A DNA stretch of 64,000 nt from a bacterium (lineage in GTDB: Bacteria > Lindowbacteria > 2-12-FULL-62-27): positions 16,955 to 80,954 of the forward strand of contig JACQOF010000097.1 of assembly GCA_016202645.1 (NCBI GenBank), in the 5' to 3' direction. Made by a program: the position numbers and the translations under genes. The notes beneath the pieces are model-generated. The model was not told the origin of the DNA. It was given only the letters and a program-made list of their open reading frames with translations, and did not search any database. This document shows, one piece after another, positions 26,024-36,538 of the stretch (position 1 is its first letter; every line of letters starts with the position of its first letter).

Positions 26024-27169
26024 ATGAATCCTTCACCCAAGTGGGTCAGATCGGCGCCGCTGTCGCAGACCGATGGAACGGACTCTGAAGAAATCTGGAC
26101 ATCGACGGATCCTGCGTCCGGAGATTCCTGCGTTCATCCTCTGCGGGTGCGTCTTGGAAAACCGCTGAATGTTCTGGAACTGAAATCCGATGTTCTGGCC
26201 CAGTATGGCGCGGCGGTCGAAAAACACCGCCGACGGTGCGAGGAACTTTTTTCCGGAGAACTGGAACGCGTCATTTCGTGTCCGATTTGCGGAGAATCCA
26301 CGGAAAAGAGCGAACGTCGATTGAGCGTCTATCGCGCGGACTATCATGAATGCGCCGCCTGCCGCCATCATTTTGTCATTCGCCGGCCTTCCCGCGACGC
26401 CCTGGACGCTTTTTACTCGCGGGGCGAGGCCCTCTCACCGGTGTATGTGGATGATAAATCGTTGACTCGCCGGCTGGATGAAGTTTCCCGGCCGAAGGCG
26501 GAATGGATGCTGGATGCGTTTCGCCGCCGGCATGGCCGGCTGCCGCGCCGGGTGGTGGATGTCGGCGCCGGAGGGGGGCATTTCGTTCAGGTTTGCCGGG
26601 AGAAAGGCATCGAGGCGGAGGGGGTCGAGCTCAGCGGGCGAAACCTGGAATTTTGCCGGGACCGGTTTGGTTTCGATTTGATTCAGGCTGATTTTGTAAA
26701 GGAATGGACAAGGTGGGCCGGCGCGGAGATCATCACGTTCTGGGGCGTGCTGGAGCACACGCCCGATCCCATGTCTTTTCTGGCCGCCGCGGGCCGGGCC
26801 TTGAGCCGGGACGCGGGGGTTGTGGTGGCTGCCGTTCCCCGATGGGAGTGTATGGGGACCGCTGTACAATCCATTTTTACAGATTCGATCGTCCGTCATC
26901 TTGATCCGAGCGGCCACCTGCACGTTTTCTCGGACGACTCTCTGGCAACGGCCCTTGTGATGAACCGTTTGACCCCCATCGCCGCCTGGTATTACGGCAT
27001 GGACGCCTACGAGCTCGTCAGCCAACTGGCGCATCGATTTCGAAACGGAGATGCCATTCAGGCCCTGGGGAGGCAGATTGGGGAATGGCAGTCACGGATG
27101 GACCGCGCGCATTTTTCGGATGAAATCGCGGTGGCGGCTATATTCACCGGGGATGATGTCCGGCCTTGA
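26024..27169 (+). CDS. SAM-dependent methyltransferase with zinc-ribbon-like insert
   Basis: CPICGE...CAACRHHF and motif I VVDVGAGGGHF. Divergent from cysC. Confidence 0.7.
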   Translation: MNPSPKWVRSAPLSQTDGTDSEEIWTSTDPASGDSCVHPLRVRLGKPLNVLELKSDVLAQYGAAVEKHRRRCEELFSGELERVISCPICGESTEKSERRLSVYRADYHECAACRHHFVIRRPSRDALDAFYSRGEALSPVYVDDKSLTRRLDEVSRPKAEWMLDAFRRRHGRLPRRVVDVGAGGGHFVQVCREKGIEAEGVELSGRNLEFCRDRFGFDLIQADFVKEWTRWAGAEIITFWGVLEHTPDPMSFLAAAGRALSRDAGVVVAAVPRWECMGTAVQSIFTDSIVRHLDPSGHLHVFSDDSLATALVMNRLTPIAAWYYGMDAYELVSQLAHRFRNGDAIQALGRQIGEWQSRMDRAHFSDEIAVAAIFTGDDVRP

Positions 27170-27176
27170 AATCCGG

Positions 27177-28898
27177 TCAGGCAACGGCCGCGGCTGCCTG
27201 CTCGCTTCTGAGGATGATGTCGACGATGCGTTCCACGCCGCGGCCGTCGTAGAGGAGGCGGCCGTTTCGGCTCATTTTTTTTCTCCGCGATGAATCAGCC
27301 GCCAGCCGGCGCAGGGCCGACCGGATGTCTTCGACCGAGACGTCCGATTCATTCCCGAGGTATTCGATGGTCCCCAGTTCCATGAATTTTTGCACCCGCT
27401 GGGCCTCCCGATCGTTCTGAGAAATGACGACAGCCGGGATGCCGAAACAGGCAAGCTCGTGGAGCGTCAATCCGCCGCCGCAGACGGCCACATCCGCTCC
27501 CGACATGGTTGCGCCCATGTCTTTCATCTGCCGCAGGATTTCAAACGGCCGGGATATCCGCCCGAGCAGGGATTCAAGGCCCTGCTCATGGGCGAACGCC
27601 GGGCCCAGCACGATCTTCACGTCCACGGCCGCGCCCAACTCCGCCGCGGCCTCCACGGCTTTGAGGGTCAGTCCGTTTGGATCGCTTCCGCCGAACGTGA
27701 TCAGGAGCTGCCGGACGTTTTTCCGAAACCCCCGGGTCCGGCCTCCGGCCCGTTCGGCGAATTCCCGGCCCAGGGCCGCGAAAGACGGGCCTGAATAACA
27801 GGGCACCGGCGGGTCGACGTTCGATTTCAGATAACTGACGATAACGTCGGTGAGCGTGTCTGTCAGGTCCATTGGAATGTCGTCAAGACTGTCGACCACG
27901 TTCACAGTAAAGACATTGAAGGCTTTTAATTGCGCCAGATAGTCTTCATCCAGTATGGGCAAATCGTTCACGACCACGTTCGGTGAAAATTTGATGATTT
28001 CATCCATCACGGCCGAGCCGTCCTTTTCCGGGCAGACGGCCAGATCGTAGCCCCGGCTTTGAATTTCCGCGGCGGCGGGAGTGTCGGCCTGAGTGATGAG
28101 AAATCGCATGATCGCGGAAGACCGCCGTTTGATTTCATCGGCGATTCTCAACGAGCTGACCACATGGCCCATCCCCATCTGGGCCGACCCATCCGTCTTG
28201 AACATGATTCTCGGCCCCTGGAGCATCTGTTCGGCCATCCAAAAATCATTCAGGCTGTGGACGCTGACGGCGGCTTGCCGGGGCAGAAGATGCATGCCAA
28301 GCCGTCCGGCGTATCTCTGCCGCCGGTCGGCGTTTTTACGGGTGTAGATATAAATGGCGCCATTCTCCAAATAAATGGGCCGGCGACGCTCGCGTTCAAT
28401 TCTCGGGAGGTTCCGGTATTCCACATCGTGGAGCGGCCGCGGCACGCCGCCCTCTTCCGTCCACAAAAAACCGTCCTCTTCGGTCACGCTGAACAAGGCG
28501 TCCAGCCGGTCCTCCCGGAATTTCTCCCACGCATCCTCAATGTGCCGCGCGGTGCGAAAGGGCGTGCTGCACGGCAGGAGCACCACAACGTCATAGGCGA
28601 CACGGTCCATCGATTCGGCCACCTCCAGGGCATGGCGGACGACGTCGTCCAGGGACCGGTTGGTCTGCGAGAGTTCCCTGGGACGCAGGACCGGCACGGA
28701 GGCGCCGTAGGACTGGCTGATGGCGCGGATGCGGGAGTCATCGGTCGACACAAAAATGCGGTGAATGAAATCGCACTCCCGCGCCGCGCGGATCGTGTAG
28801 GCCAGAAGCGGAATGCCGTTCAGAGGTTTGATGTTCAGGTATGGAATCTTGTCATTCCCGGCGCGCGCGGGAATGACCGCGAGGACTTTCGGCGTCAC
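27177..28898 (-). CDS. Fusion: CMP-nonulosonate cytidylyltransferase (NeuA/PseF-like) + PseG-like UDP-sugar hydrolase (GT28 C-terminal fold)
   Basis: N-terminus AVIPARAGNDKIPYLNIKPLNGIPLLAYTI. Middle IMFKTDGSAQMGMGHVVSSLRIA (PseG-type). C-terminus LLITFGGSDPNG ... GGGLTLHELACFGIPAVVI. Confidence 0.75.
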   Translation of the reverse strand: MTPKVLAVIPARAGNDKIPYLNIKPLNGIPLLAYTIRAARECDFIHRIFVSTDDSRIRAISQSYGASVPVLRPRELSQTNRSLDDVVRHALEVAESMDRVAYDVVVLLPCSTPFRTARHIEDAWEKFREDRLDALFSVTEEDGFLWTEEGGVPRPLHDVEYRNLPRIERERRRPIYLENGAIYIYTRKNADRRQRYAGRLGMHLLPRQAAVSVHSLNDFWMAEQMLQGPRIMFKTDGSAQMGMGHVVSSLRIADEIKRRSSAIMRFLITQADTPAAAEIQSRGYDLAVCPEKDGSAVMDEIIKFSPNVVVNDLPILDEDYLAQLKAFNVFTVNVVDSLDDIPMDLTDTLTDVIVSYLKSNVDPPVPCYSGPSFAALGREFAERAGGRTRGFRKNVRQLLITFGGSDPNGLTLKAVEAAAELGAAVDVKIVLGPAFAHEQGLESLLGRISRPFEILRQMKDMGATMSGADVAVCGGGLTLHELACFGIPAVVISQNDREAQRVQKFMELGTIEYLGNESDVSVEDIRSALRRLAADSSRRKKMSRNGRLLYDGRGVERIVDIILRSEQAAAAVA

Positions 28899-28920
28899 AA
28901 TCGTCTTCCCCCTGTGCCGA

Positions 28921-29982
28921 TCACGCGCTCAGCATGTCCCAGGACAGAACGTCGCCGCGGGCGATGTCCCGCCGCGCAATTTTTCCCAGGATCTGTTCCA
29001 AGTCCTTCGGCGCAATGCCCGTCCCGGGGCGCTTGATCCCGACCGCATCCGCGGAAATTTCCCGGCCCGCGGGGATGTTCCGGACCGCGACGACGCTTCG
29101 CCTGGCCAGGCGCCGGGATTCCGCTTCCGAGTCGGCGGGGCATTTCACGGCTGATCCTGCCGCAGTCCTGATGTTTTCGGCCATTCGCCGGAGTTCCCGG
29201 AGTTGATCCGGAGTCATGGAAAAATGCTGATCCGGGCCGGGAAGGGCGCGGTCGATGGTGAAATGTTTTTCGATGGCGCAGGCGCCCATCGCGATGGCCG
29301 CCAGAGAAATTTCGATGCCGTCCGTGTGGTCGGAAAATCCAACCGGGCAGCGAAATTGGCGGAGGGCCTCCATCTTGCGCAGATGCGCGTCCCGGGGCTG
29401 TGTTGGATAATTGTTCACGCAGTGCAGAAGCACCCGTTGGCGGTTTCCCTCGGACTCAATGACCTCCACGGCCTCTTCCACTTCATCCAGCGTCGACATG
29501 CCGGTGGACAGAATGATGGCCTTTCCGGTCCGGGCGGTTTTTCGGAGCAGCTGAACATAGGTGAGATCGCCGGAGGCAATCTTGTAGCAGTCGACATTCA
29601 TGGATTCGAGGAAATCCACCTTGTCCTCGCTGAAGACGGACGCGAAGAACAGAACTCCCAGCCGGTCCGACAGGGACTTCAAGTCCCTCCATGCCTGGTC
29701 GGACAATTCCATCCTGCGAAAGAGGTCCATCTGTGTACCTTCAGCTTTTACGGCATAAACCCCCGCCTTTTCGACGACCAGCGACTCCGCGGAAAAACAC
29801 TGGAACTTGACGGCGCTGGCCCCCGCCAGAAACGCCTCCCGGATCATTCGTTCCGCCAGACGCGGATCGCCATTGTGATTGATGCCGATTTCAGCGATGA
29901 GAAACACAGGCTGATCCGGGCCGACTTGATGGGACCCGATGGAAACGCCCGCCCCGGCGCCGGTCATGGTTTCCGCCGACAT
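28921..29982 (-). CDS. N-acylneuraminate/pseudaminate synthase (NeuB/PseI family) with C-terminal SAF domain
   Basis: FLIAEIGINHNGD, YKIASGD, GFSDHT and a C-terminal SAF-like segment RSVVAVRNIPAGREIS. Confidence 0.9.
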   Translation of the reverse strand: MSAETMTGAGAGVSIGSHQVGPDQPVFLIAEIGINHNGDPRLAERMIREAFLAGASAVKFQCFSAESLVVEKAGVYAVKAEGTQMDLFRRMELSDQAWRDLKSLSDRLGVLFFASVFSEDKVDFLESMNVDCYKIASGDLTYVQLLRKTARTGKAIILSTGMSTLDEVEEAVEVIESEGNRQRVLLHCVNNYPTQPRDAHLRKMEALRQFRCPVGFSDHTDGIEISLAAIAMGACAIEKHFTIDRALPGPDQHFSMTPDQLRELRRMAENIRTAAGSAVKCPADSEAESRRLARRSVVAVRNIPAGREISADAVGIKRPGTGIAPKDLEQILGKIARRDIARGDVLSWDMLSA

Positions 29983-29991
29983 GATGCCCCC

Positions 29992-32139
29992 CTATGCGGA
30001 GGGGGAGGATCCCATCAGGCCTGAAGCCACGAGGGGGGCCGCGGCGGCGTCCTCCGCCGGCCCGGCGATTCGCAGTGCGTTCCTGAAGAATTCACGGACG
30101 GTGACGACGCGGGACAAAATAATTCCCAATCCGATCGGGGACGATCCATATCGGCGGATGGCGTTTTTCAATATCGTTTGCTGGGTTTCCGTATGAGAGA
30201 AAAGATACCTGACGGCGCTGCCGCCGGGTCGGTGATAGTCCTCCAGCGGCCGTGCATGCCGTTCTTCCTTCCAGCCCAAAATATCATATTGAAATTCCAC
30301 TTCCCGGCGCTCCAACTGACTTGCGATTTCAAAAAGATTCGACAGTTTATGCCAGATAAACGTTCGAATATCCGCCAGTTCGGCCCGGCACATCGCCCGA
30401 TCCTCTTCGGTGGAATATTTTGCGGCCAGGAGCTTCAAAGCCGTCGAAATGCCGTAGTCCAGAAAATCCTCAAATGCGTAGACAAATATCTTCCCGCAAG
30501 TGTTGAAGAGCAGATTTCCGCCGCTTTCGCCGTTCGTCAGTTTCCGATAGTTTTCGGGTTTTTGATAAAAGGCGTTGATCTCCTCAGGACTGTCCCAGAC
30601 TTCCTCCTTTGTGGCCTTGATAAAATCCGCGAGGGTCTGCCGCAGCCCCGATGGGGCGGAATGGTCAATCTGGCTGTACATTTCAGTCAGCCAATCAAAA
30701 GGCGATATTTCTTTTTGGGTTAAATATTCCAGGAGTTCGACGAAATAATCATCGTTGTAATAACAGGCCGCCATCAAGTGAAATCCCCGCAGATACAGGT
30801 AATCCTCAAAGCGCAGCGTATTCGTTTCCGTGCACACTTCCTCGATTTCAATCGCCTGTATTCCGTGATAGGTCCCGAAATCGCGCGGGATAATTCGGAA
30901 TTTCCCCTTCATTCCATATCGCGCGCGGCTTGCCGGCGAGTTCAATTCCGTTCCGTCGAGCATCATCAGCGTGTGCATCCGGATGTTTTTGACGCCGGTA
31001 TGGATGAGCGCCTTCATGCCCCGCAGGTAGCTCTCCCGCGATTCGCCCGGCAAACCGAGAATGACCTCCGCATAGGAATGCCGCCCGCGGCTTTTTAAAT
31101 CGTCGTGAATTTTCATGTAGGTGTCCAGCTTGATATTGGACCGGCGGATATTTTTCAAAACGTTTTCGTCCATCGATTGTACCGACATGCTCATGGTGAT
31201 CCCGCTGCCGATGGTTTCGATGGCCTCCACAATGCGCTCATGCTTGTTTTTCCCGGTCGTCACGGAAATATTGGTTGGCCATCCCGTTTTTTCCCTCACC
31301 TGGCGGATGGTCCGGCAAATTTCAAAATCCTGCGGATACATCGCGAAATTCGAATCGGCCACCTGCAATGTCTTCACCAGGGAGTCGCGCATTCTCTCCC
31401 CGATATAGGCGAGTTCTTCCTTGATTCGTTCCGGGCTGAAGATATGGACCTTGTTGAAATAGTCCGCGCCCTCGTGACAGAAGGAACAGGTGAAGGGACA
31501 CCCGCGGTTGGATTGGATCATGGGTGTGAGGCGGCCGTCAAAAAAGGCGTCCAGAGCGCCGGATAAATAGGGAGACGGGATTTCATCCAAATTTTTAATC
31601 CGGTCCGGCAGGCCCCCCCGGACCAGAAGCCGGCTTTCGGCGGAATAAAAATGGCAGCCAAGGATCGGGGACTGTTTCATTTTTTGGATGTCCCCGCCGC
31701 AGTTCATGAACCGTTCGATTAATTTGCTGAAAGAGATCTCCCCCTCCAGGTGAACGTAGAAATCGACAAAGGGCCTCTTTTTTAAATAGGTGTCCTGGTC
31801 TTTCTCATTCGCCGGATATCCCGATCCGCCCCAAACCGTCACCGGCGCCGGCCGGCGGCTTTCCTTCCCGAATTTCAATATCGCCTCGGAAAGCGCGCTG
31901 CACCAGGGATAATTGCTGAGGCCGAGAATGTGGGGGGTTTCCTCCTTGAGCGCTGAAATGAGATCATCCGGGTATTTGAACAAACGGATGTCCACTTCGT
32001 CCCGGAATATTTTTCGAGCGTAGGTTGATACGAAACCGATGTTCAACGGAAAGATATCGGAGGCGATCGATACAGATGTATGCGAAAGATCCCCCAGATA
32101 TATTTTTATTCCGGCGATGGCCCTGTCCCCCCTCCCCAT
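29992..32139 (-). CDS. B12-binding-domain radical SAM protein (paralog 2)
   Basis: SNRGCPFTCSFCHEG cluster motif. The N-terminus IYLGDLSHTSVSIASDIFPLNIGFVSTYARK aligns with IYFADLTHTAQGISAATFPLGVSFVASYARK of 12562-14658. Confidence 0.8.
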   Translation of the reverse strand: MGRGDRAIAGIKIYLGDLSHTSVSIASDIFPLNIGFVSTYARKIFRDEVDIRLFKYPDDLISALKEETPHILGLSNYPWCSALSEAILKFGKESRRPAPVTVWGGSGYPANEKDQDTYLKKRPFVDFYVHLEGEISFSKLIERFMNCGGDIQKMKQSPILGCHFYSAESRLLVRGGLPDRIKNLDEIPSPYLSGALDAFFDGRLTPMIQSNRGCPFTCSFCHEGADYFNKVHIFSPERIKEELAYIGERMRDSLVKTLQVADSNFAMYPQDFEICRTIRQVREKTGWPTNISVTTGKNKHERIVEAIETIGSGITMSMSVQSMDENVLKNIRRSNIKLDTYMKIHDDLKSRGRHSYAEVILGLPGESRESYLRGMKALIHTGVKNIRMHTLMMLDGTELNSPASRARYGMKGKFRIIPRDFGTYHGIQAIEIEEVCTETNTLRFEDYLYLRGFHLMAACYYNDDYFVELLEYLTQKEISPFDWLTEMYSQIDHSAPSGLRQTLADFIKATKEEVWDSPEEINAFYQKPENYRKLTNGESGGNLLFNTCGKIFVYAFEDFLDYGISTALKLLAAKYSTEEDRAMCRAELADIRTFIWHKLSNLFEIASQLERREVEFQYDILGWKEERHARPLEDYHRPGGSAVRYLFSHTETQQTILKNAIRRYGSSPIGLGIILSRVVTVREFFRNALRIAGPAEDAAAAPLVASGLMGSSPSA

Positions 32140-32261
32140 GACATTTCCGCCAAGATATAAATGTTTTTGATTGTCGTGTCAAGCTTCTTGACACGCGCGC
32201 CCGGGAATCATAATCTTCCGGAGATGAGGGGATTGGGCCATTTCAATTCAGGCATCAGAGG

Positions 32262-33149
32262 GTGACCGTGCGGATTTCCCGAATGGAGGAGCGTCTCCGG
32301 GGATGGGTGGATTTCTACGCCAACCGGTACGTCGGAATGATCGAGAGATTCGAAAATTACGTGAGAACGAGGGATATGAAGTTCACCGTGCTCACCCTGG
32401 AAGAGGCGCGGCGGAGAAAAAAGAGTGACACGATTTTTTTGCTGGGAAGCGGCCCTTCGATCAACCAAATGACCGAAAGCGCGTGGCGGGAAGTGGCGCG
32501 CCACGACTCGCTCGCGATCAATTTGTTTATCCTGCACCCCTTTGTTCCGACGTTTTATCACACCGAGGTCAGCAAAAACCCCCGGATCCGGGGATTTTTC
32601 ATGGAGGTTGTCCGGCGAAGGCGGAAGGACTACTCAAATACGGTTGTTTTGGTCCACCCCAAAAGCCGAAGGTACGGCATGCACCCGAGATTTTGTCCGG
32701 GATTGTTTCCGGAAAGGCCGATTGTCTGTTTTCCAAAATTTCCGAAAATCATCCAAGTCCCCGCCTCACGACCCTTTGCCGCGGCGGACTTCAAAGAGAG
32801 CATGATCTACCGCGGAACCATGAACAACGCCATCTACTTGGCCTGTGAATTGGGATTTCAGAACATTGTTCTTCTCGGGGTGGACCTGAAAACCAATGAA
32901 TACTTTTACGATGATTTTGAATCTGTTCAGTGGATGAAGGAAATAAAGGGCGCCCCGGTCGAAGAACGTAAAAAGCACCCCTACGGCATGGATCATATTC
33001 CGGAAATCGGAAAATCCAAACACAGCTATCCAAACCTCTACTATGCGTTGAGGGATTTTGTACTGAACCCCAGGGGCATCCGCCTGTCCGTGGGTTCCAC
33101 GGAGAGTCTGCTCCATCCTAAAATACCGTTGTATCCGTGGCCGGCCTGA
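32262..33149 (+). CDS. Hypothetical protein, DUF115/MptE- or sialyltransferase-like signature
   Basis: IFLLGSGPSINQM ... GFQNIVLLGVDL resembles the GxGPS...G(V/I)D pattern of DUF115/Maf and some sialyltransferases. Weak call; non-ATG start in the ORF track. Confidence 0.4.
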   Translation: MTVRISRMEERLRGWVDFYANRYVGMIERFENYVRTRDMKFTVLTLEEARRRKKSDTIFLLGSGPSINQMTESAWREVARHDSLAINLFILHPFVPTFYHTEVSKNPRIRGFFMEVVRRRRKDYSNTVVLVHPKSRRYGMHPRFCPGLFPERPIVCFPKFPKIIQVPASRPFAAADFKESMIYRGTMNNAIYLACELGFQNIVLLGVDLKTNEYFYDDFESVQWMKEIKGAPVEERKKHPYGMDHIPEIGKSKHSYPNLYYALRDFVLNPRGIRLSVGSTESLLHPKIPLYPWPA

Positions 33150-33153
33150 CTCT

Positions 33154-34431
33154 TCACTCCTCCCGCAGGAGACCCGCCGTCCGCAGTTCGGCCGAAACGG
33201 AAATCAGGGTTTTTAAGGGCTGACCTGAACGTTCGGCGATGTGCATCAGATCGTTGGCGCCATCGGCGAGATTTAACACCCAAAATTTCGCCCGGTCTCT
33301 GTCCTGCTTGCCTTGCGGGGTCCCATTGGTGATATAGAGTCCCCGGCGTCCCATTTGGGGTTCTCCATCCAGGACCGTGCCGCGCCAGCGGACATTGTTT
33401 TCAAGCGCGCAAACCATGCCGAAATAAGCGTCAATGCTGCCGGTCATCGCTTCAAAACTGATGAAGTCTTTGTTGTCCAGGGAGGTGTGATACTCCGGAT
33501 ACCGCATATACCTCGTGCGCATGAGCGACCCGAACGGCAGATCGAATCCGGGCGAACAATACTGTCGTTCGTCACTACCGAGAGGATCAAACGGAATGAT
33601 CTCATGCGGGCCCATATCTCTGAGGACCAGACGCGCCGCGCGGTCCGCGAGGGTATCGCCCCGCCTGGAGAGCTTATAGGTGAAATGCCCGCGATCTCCG
33701 ATGCACGTCATTTGAAAGCCGGCGTCCATCCGTTGTTTCAAGTGATCCCCGCGTACGCTCAGGTAACAGACGGCTCCAATGGTTTCCGGAGCAACGACAA
33801 ACCGATACGAAAACCGGCGATTCGGAAGCGAGGCAATCCGGTCATACAGAAAAGCCATGACCAGGGGACCCGACAATTCATTGTTGGCCAGGGAGGGATG
33901 GCAGAGATTCGTTGAGAAGAAAATTTCCCGGTCGGTTGATCCCGGAAGGACAGCCTCGCCAACCTCAACATGCCCGTCTGTCAATTCCGTATCCACAACG
34001 ACCTGGTAGTCGCCCTCCGGAAGAGATTGGAGTTCCCGATGCGTCATGCAAAGTCCCCACGCTTCAGTGTAGTAGGATATGACATAGGGAATGGCATCCG
34101 GTTGGGCCGGTATGGAATGAAGGTGAGGCCGCAAATCCGAAAGGTTCAGCGTACCGTTAAACGGAATGGAATACCCGACGAGATGAAGATTGTTCGACTT
34201 GAAATCCGCCCGTTTGACGCCATTGGGATCGATCAGATAGGCGTCCCGCGCAATCCATTCCTTCGGAACGATCCAGTCCAGGACCCTTCGGCCGCTTTCA
34301 AATTTGAGCCGCTCCATCGGCATGACTTCAGACAAAATATCGAGAGACCGGCGATAGCCTTCGCCCGTAAGACTGCGGCAGAGCGGCCACAGCCGGTCAA
34401 AATATGTTTCCAGGCTGTTTTTCAAATCCAT
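33154..34431 (-). CDS. Aminopeptidase-like DUF4910/DUF2172 protein (polysaccharide-cluster associated)
   Basis: N-terminal FDRLWPLCRSLTGEGYRRSLDIL...LDWIVPKEW and a C-terminal winged-helix-like tail. Family recognised from memory of typical members. Confidence 0.55.
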   Translation of the reverse strand: MDLKNSLETYFDRLWPLCRSLTGEGYRRSLDILSEVMPMERLKFESGRRVLDWIVPKEWIARDAYLIDPNGVKRADFKSNNLHLVGYSIPFNGTLNLSDLRPHLHSIPAQPDAIPYVISYYTEAWGLCMTHRELQSLPEGDYQVVVDTELTDGHVEVGEAVLPGSTDREIFFSTNLCHPSLANNELSGPLVMAFLYDRIASLPNRRFSYRFVVAPETIGAVCYLSVRGDHLKQRMDAGFQMTCIGDRGHFTYKLSRRGDTLADRAARLVLRDMGPHEIIPFDPLGSDERQYCSPGFDLPFGSLMRTRYMRYPEYHTSLDNKDFISFEAMTGSIDAYFGMVCALENNVRWRGTVLDGEPQMGRRGLYITNGTPQGKQDRDRAKFWVLNLADGANDLMHIAERSGQPLKTLISVSAELRTAGLLREE

Positions 34432-34438
34432 GGAGGCC

Positions 34439-35338
34439 TTATGATTTCACCGCCTCGACGACAAAAGCCGAGCAGAGGAACAAGCCCCGCCAATCCGAGG
34501 ACTCCTGTTCGAGTCGAAATCCCTCCTGGCGGAACAGACCAGGATCCACGGTTTCCAAAAAAGGCATTGCCGGATGATAGTGATACCAAAGCAGGCGAAT
34601 ATCCCGAAACCCCGTTTTTTTAAAGAGATTCTGAACTTCAAAGGGATTATGAAATCGGGACAGGATGGCGTCGTATCCCGGCGCATCCGGCCGGCGGCTC
34701 TCCTCCACGCGACTGCGCACGGGCGGCTGATCCATCCGCAATTTCGGTTCAATTTCCGCGCGGACCAACTCTTTCATCCTCGGATCCACATCCCGCAGGA
34801 GGTCATCCAGAATAAACGAGAGTGTCAGGCGGTTAAAGGTGAAAAGCGAAAAAAATTTGTTTCGGAATTCGACCAGGATGGTTCCGCCGGGCTTGAGGCA
34901 GACGGCCATATTTTTCAATACCTCTTCGTCATGCTCGACATGGGGCATCACCCCCAGAGCCATGAGACCGTCAAAAAGGCCCCCGCGCAGGCAGTACGCA
35001 TACGAAACGGGATCCTGTATATCCGCCCGAAAAATATGCCCTGGATCCAGACCCTCTTTTCGCATGTTTTCCTTCGCCCGTTCGACCATCTCGTGGGAAA
35101 TATCAAATCCCCATCCTTCAATCCCGGTTTTCGCCAAAGTGACCAGAGGAGTCCCCTCTCCCACACCGACATCCAGAACTCTTCCGACATTTTTTGAAAT
35201 AAAAGAGTTCACCACCAACCGCAGACGGAAATAGTTGGCGGGATAAAACCCCAAAGTTTTTAGATTTTGCTTTTCGTATTGCTCGTGGTATTTGTCGGAA
35301 ATCGCGTCGTAATGATTTTCGATATCTTTTTTTCCCAT
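34439..35338 (-). CDS. Class I SAM-dependent methyltransferase
   Basis: Motif I VLDVGVGEGTP. The ORF-track ORF extends to 35488, but the first 50 codons translate repeat copy C (SRESGNP...IPAFAGMT). Start placed at MGKKDIENHYD. Confidence 0.75.
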   Translation of the reverse strand: MGKKDIENHYDAISDKYHEQYEKQNLKTLGFYPANYFRLRLVVNSFISKNVGRVLDVGVGEGTPLVTLAKTGIEGWGFDISHEMVERAKENMRKEGLDPGHIFRADIQDPVSYAYCLRGGLFDGLMALGVMPHVEHDEEVLKNMAVCLKPGGTILVEFRNKFFSLFTFNRLTLSFILDDLLRDVDPRMKELVRAEIEPKLRMDQPPVRSRVEESRRPDAPGYDAILSRFHNPFEVQNLFKKTGFRDIRLLWYHYHPAMPFLETVDPGLFRQEGFRLEQESSDWRGLFLCSAFVVEAVKS

Positions 35339-35374
35339 GATAGAACCCCGCTCCTCATTATTCCGCCGCCAGGT

Positions 35375-35461
35375 CGTCATTCCCGCGAAAGCGGGAATCC
35401 AGATTATCGCAGTGCGGACTGGATTCCCGCTTTCGCGGGAATGACGGAGAGGGCTGAATAG
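35375..35461. repeat. Double-hairpin palindromic intergenic repeat, copy C
   Basis: 87 nt, 2 mismatches relative to copy A (834-920). Lies in the divergent intergenic region. Confidence 0.9.
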
Positions 35462-35488
35462 CAACCGACATTTAACATTTGAAGTCAT

Positions 35489-36538
35489 ATGAATTCAAGC
35501 TTTCAACTCTTGCATCTTTTATGGTGGAATATTAGTCTCCGCGGACTGCCTGAATATATTGGCGGTGAAAGATGGAGGGGGTTGAGAATGTCTGACGTCA
35601 AAGAGCGCAGAAACATGAATACGGGAACCATTTTACTCGACTTATATTCAATCGAAGACCAGGGGGAGGCAGTAGAACAGGCGTCCCGCCTGTCCCTCAC
35701 ACCCCGGACCGCCGTCCCCGAAAAAGTGTTGTTCCGCCGGATCGAGGGGAGGGATGCGTACGACACCTGGATCCTGCAGGAGTTTTTCAAAGAGATCCTG
35801 ATCTACAAGCGTCTTCTTTCCGGGGGGAGATTTCCCCTGTCCAAAATACCGCGGAATGAGAAAAATCTGCTGGTGTATCTTCTTTTGGCGGTCACCAGCC
35901 CCGGCGCGGCGATTTTGGAGCTGGGGTCGTCTCTGAATGAGCTGATCGACGGCTTGGAGGTCGTGGACCGTTATTTTGTCGACCGGGAATCTTCGGTCCG
36001 CTGCCCGGACATCCCGAAACGGCGGTTTGGAGGCATCGAGATTTCCGAGTTTTTGTCGTTTGCGGGCCGGGTGCTTCATCCCGGGTATGACATTCGGATA
36101 TATCCCCACGCCGGAAAAGTCGACCAACCGTATGGAATCCTCTATGATCGAAACGTCAGTTCGGACGCGTTCACAACGTCGGAAGAACTGGCCGCGTTCA
36201 TCCGGCGCGCCGACGCGGCGATCCTCAATATCTTTGTCTCCCGGGACGAGACATTTCAGACACCGCGCCTCGGCCGGGCCATTACCTATTTTCATCTGAA
36301 CTCGCTTTTGGACGGCCTTGACAAACCGTTGTTTCACCTCTTCGGCAGGAAATCCCCCGGCGGCCCGGTCAACTTTGATCTCAGCCAGGGGAGAGACGTG
36401 GTGGAGGGATTTTTCCTGTATGGGAGCGAGGAGACCGCGCGCCGGTGGCACGCGGCTGCGCAGGTGGATGCAGAGGTAAGGGCTTATTTTCAGCGGAAGA
36501 ATATTTCCCTGAAGCCCGCACAGGCGCTGTTTGAATGA
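35489..36538 (+). CDS. Hypothetical protein (possible Rossmann/methyltransferase-like)
   Basis: AAILELGSSLNELIDG is weakly motif-I-like. ATGA overlap with the downstream sulfotransferase. Start uncertain (ATGs at 35489, 35588 and 35615). Confidence 0.4.
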   Translation: MNSSFQLLHLLWWNISLRGLPEYIGGERWRGLRMSDVKERRNMNTGTILLDLYSIEDQGEAVEQASRLSLTPRTAVPEKVLFRRIEGRDAYDTWILQEFFKEILIYKRLLSGGRFPLSKIPRNEKNLLVYLLLAVTSPGAAILELGSSLNELIDGLEVVDRYFVDRESSVRCPDIPKRRFGGIEISEFLSFAGRVLHPGYDIRIYPHAGKVDQPYGILYDRNVSSDAFTTSEELAAFIRRADAAILNIFVSRDETFQTPRLGRAITYFHLNSLLDGLDKPLFHLFGRKSPGGPVNFDLSQGRDVVEGFFLYGSEETARRWHAAAQVDAEVRAYFQRKNISLKPAQALFE

